The notes beneath the pieces were generated by a model. It ran no database searches, had not been told where the DNA came from, and saw nothing but the letters and a program-made list of their open reading frames with translations. This document shows, piece after piece, positions 28,317 through 30,141 of a stretch of 30,141 nt of DNA. Numbering within the stretch: position 1 is the first letter of the stretch; every line of letters begins with the position of its first letter. A program made the translations under genes and the position numbers. The DNA is from a virus (lineage: Duplodnaviria > Heunggongvirae > Uroviricota > Caudoviricetes): the IMG/VR virus record IMGVR_UViG_2703718856_000006, positions 1 to 30,141 of that record. One strand, 5' to 3'.

Positions 28317-28679
28317 TCATGCGGACTCCATTTCAGTAATGGTTAGCTCAAGCCGCCCACCTTTGACGACAGGCATTCTCTTCACGCTGTAGTAGTCAAC
28401 CTGCTGGTCATCGAGCCAGAAACCCGATTTCGTCAGGGCGTCGAATGCTGCCTTTTGCAGATTGTCCAGGTCACGGCGCCGGCGATCCGGCATGTGACAC
28501 TCAATACGGATTTTCAATGGCGTGGCCAGGCCGATATCAAGCATCGAGTCTTTGATGATTCTGGCGACGCTGTCGCGGTATGCCTGCCCTTCCGCGCTGA
28601 TGTGTGTGCGTCCCCGGTTGTGCCGGTAGTAGCGGTTGTTGCTTGGCGGCCAGGGTAATGAAATGCGATATTGGTTCAT
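28317..28679 (-). CDS. rusA: Holliday junction resolvase RusA
   Basis: From [36 protein letters not shown] ... [38 protein letters not shown], near-identical to E. coli RusA as recalled. Track ORF extends upstream to 28742. Confidence 0.9.
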   Translation of the reverse strand: MNQYRISLPWPPSNNRYYRHNRGRTHISAEGQAYRDSVARIIKDSMLDIGLATPLKIRIECHMPDRRRRDLDNLQKAAFDALTKSGFWLDDQQVDYYSVKRMPVVKGGRLELTITEMESA

Positions 28680-28966
28680 GCTTTTATCAACCCCTCTTTC
28701 ATCCAGATAACCTGCGTTCTGGCCATTCCCTCCAGCGCGCACTCCTTCGCATACTCCGCATCTACCAGGCGCGTGCGGCGGTCTATTTCATCGTGACAGG
28801 ATGAACAGGCGATAGCGGCGAGCAGATCAGGCGGCTTAATCCCCGTCCCGCACAATCCAGCAATGCGGATATGGGCCAATACCGTGGTTTCAGGGTTGCC
28901 GTTGCAGACGCCCGGGATGCGAACCTGGCATTCACGACCGCGAGCTGCTTTACGAAGATTGGCCAT
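28676..28966 (-). CDS. ybcO: YbcO-like putative nuclease (DUF1364)
   Basis: [34 protein letters not shown]...[11 protein letters not shown] matches DLP12 YbcO as recalled; overlaps the rusA start. Confidence 0.8.
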   Translation of the reverse strand: MANLRKAARGRECQVRIPGVCNGNPETTVLAHIRIAGLCGTGIKPPDLLAAIACSSCHDEIDRRTRLVDAEYAKECALEGMARTQVIWMKEGLIKA

Positions 28967-28968
28967 GC

Positions 28969-29178
28969 TCACCCCCATATACGTTGACGAAGTGATCGCG
29001 GAGTATGCTCCGGGCGAACACAAACCGGCAGCCGGGCGCTGACCGTCCAACTCAGATAATCCGCGTTAAGGCTTTTCTCTGTGACAATGCCTCGCGCCTG
29101 ATATCTGGACACTAACTGTTCGGCCTGCTCGGTTGTGCAGTCGGGATGCTGGAACCATGAGTATTTCATCGCCATCAC
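28969..29178 (-). CDS. Small hypothetical nin-region protein (69 aa)
   Basis: ORF in operon orientation, tightly packed between neighbours with a 4-bp overlap upstream. Confidence 0.45.
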   Translation of the reverse strand: MMAMKYSWFQHPDCTTEQAEQLVSRYQARGIVTEKSLNADYLSWTVSARLPVCVRPEHTPRSLRQRIWG

Positions 29179-29771
29179 CCCGCAAAGCTCAGCAGCTGAC
29201 TGGCGGCGTTTTCAGCCTCAGCCGGCGAGTGGAACTTGCGACGCAGAATGTAGTTCCAAAGCACATTCAGCACTGATTTGTAGACGCCGTTAAACTGGCT
29301 GTCGTCCATGCTGGCGAAGGAGATCGACTTTGCGACACGACGACGGCTGCCGTCAGGCATCTGGTATTCGTCATAAAAGCCAGCCTGAATGGTTGCCCAC
29401 TCGCGGAAGGATTCGAAGTGTTTCAGCAGCGCCATATCGCGGGAACGGGATATACCGACCGAGGAGAGATACATCTCCGCGGCATTCTGGAGTGCAGCGC
29501 GCTGATCGAGGTCGGATGAGAGAAAGTCGATAAAACCGGATATGAGGGTACGCTCCGCGGGCTCAATGAGACCACCGGAAGGCGTCCAGTAGTGATACCC
29601 GAGAGTCAGAAGTTTGAAGAACTTCTTGTGGAATGCGTAATTCCTGGGCTTGCGGAACTCACCGCAAAGCAGTTGCCCTACGGGGATAAGTTGCAGGTAT
29701 TCGCTGGTTCCCGGCTCTGCGGGAATCAGTACGTTTTGATAACTTTTCTCAAATTGCAGTGTTTGCGCCAT
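29175..29771 (-). CDS. Conserved lambdoid nin-region protein (198 aa), function unknown
   Basis: Long ORF in operon orientation upstream of ybcO/rusA; family not confidently recalled. Confidence 0.55.
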   Translation of the reverse strand: MAQTLQFEKSYQNVLIPAEPGTSEYLQLIPVGQLLCGEFRKPRNYAFHKKFFKLLTLGYHYWTPSGGLIEPAERTLISGFIDFLSSDLDQRAALQNAAEMYLSSVGISRSRDMALLKHFESFREWATIQAGFYDEYQMPDGSRRRVAKSISFASMDDSQFNGVYKSVLNVLWNYILRRKFHSPAEAENAASQLLSFAG

Positions 29772-29877
29772 GTGTCCCCACTTGGCGCCGGGGTAAAGTT
29801 GTCAGTTGTCCAGACTGACTAAGTAATTATCGCCCGTCGCGGGGATAAAAGCAAAATGAGCATATACGAGAAAATCG

Positions 29878-30141
29878 CTATTTCTTGGCGTTCTGCTCAG
29901 CCATTTCCAGATAGCGCGGATCGGATGCGCGGGGAAGCTGGATGCTCTGCTCGCGGTAGTAGCGGACGCGCTCCATGAAGTAGTCCCGCAGGTGTTCAGG
30001 CTGTTGTCTGGCCACCACTTCGGCGACAACCGGCATGTTCAGGCGTTCTTTGTAAGCGACGCCGGACGCGGCGAGGTCAACGTTGACTTTGTCCTGCTCG
30101 TCTTTCGATTTGGCTGCTATGTTCCAGGATGATGTTGTCAA
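29878..30141 (-). CDS. Partial nin-region ORF, N-terminus cut by window edge
   Basis: Open frame runs to the last base of the window; C-terminal 87 aa present. Confidence 0.4.
   Translation of the reverse strand: MTTSSWNIAAKSKDEQDKVNVDLAASGVAYKERLNMPVVAEVVARQQPEHLRDYFMERVRYYREQSIQLPRASDPRYLEMAEQNAKK

Noticed and set aside
1-30141. CRISPR array or other tandem direct repeats
   Set aside because: No repeat-spacer periodicity seen anywhere; the only notable repeats are the inversion-site pair and terminator stems.

Overview
This window is the late region of a lambda-like (lambdoid) prophage, almost entirely encoded on the minus strand and read from high to low coordinates. In order: nin-region genes (a YbcO-like nuclease and RusA), antiterminator Q, a late promoter/terminator leader, a phage-21-type lysis cassette (pinholin, SAR endolysin, Rz/Rz1), an AT-rich two-gene cargo cassette (small protein + serine peptidase), a lambda-like cosN, then packaging, head and tail genes (Nu1-like, A, W, portal, protease-capsid fusion, Z, U, V, G/T, tape measure H, M, L, K, I, J). 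After J come two paralogous unknown proteins, a small lipoprotein, a side tail fibre gene, and at the left end a Gin/Pin/Hin-family DNA invertase beside a ~1.5 kb segment bounded by a perfect 12-bp inverted repeat. That segment holds two convergent fibre-tip modules, each with a C-terminal self-cleaving chaperone-like signature. It looks like a host-range inversion switch, but its architecture differs from the Mu/P1/e14 pattern: there are no Tfa genes, and the upstream fibre gene is complete and ends 45 bp before the crossover site. The switch and the peptidase cassette are the two best candidates for something undescribed. All protein identities are from reading the translations and recalling lambda, phage 21, Mu and E. 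coli prophage proteins; no database search was run, and coordinates of starts are approximate where noted.
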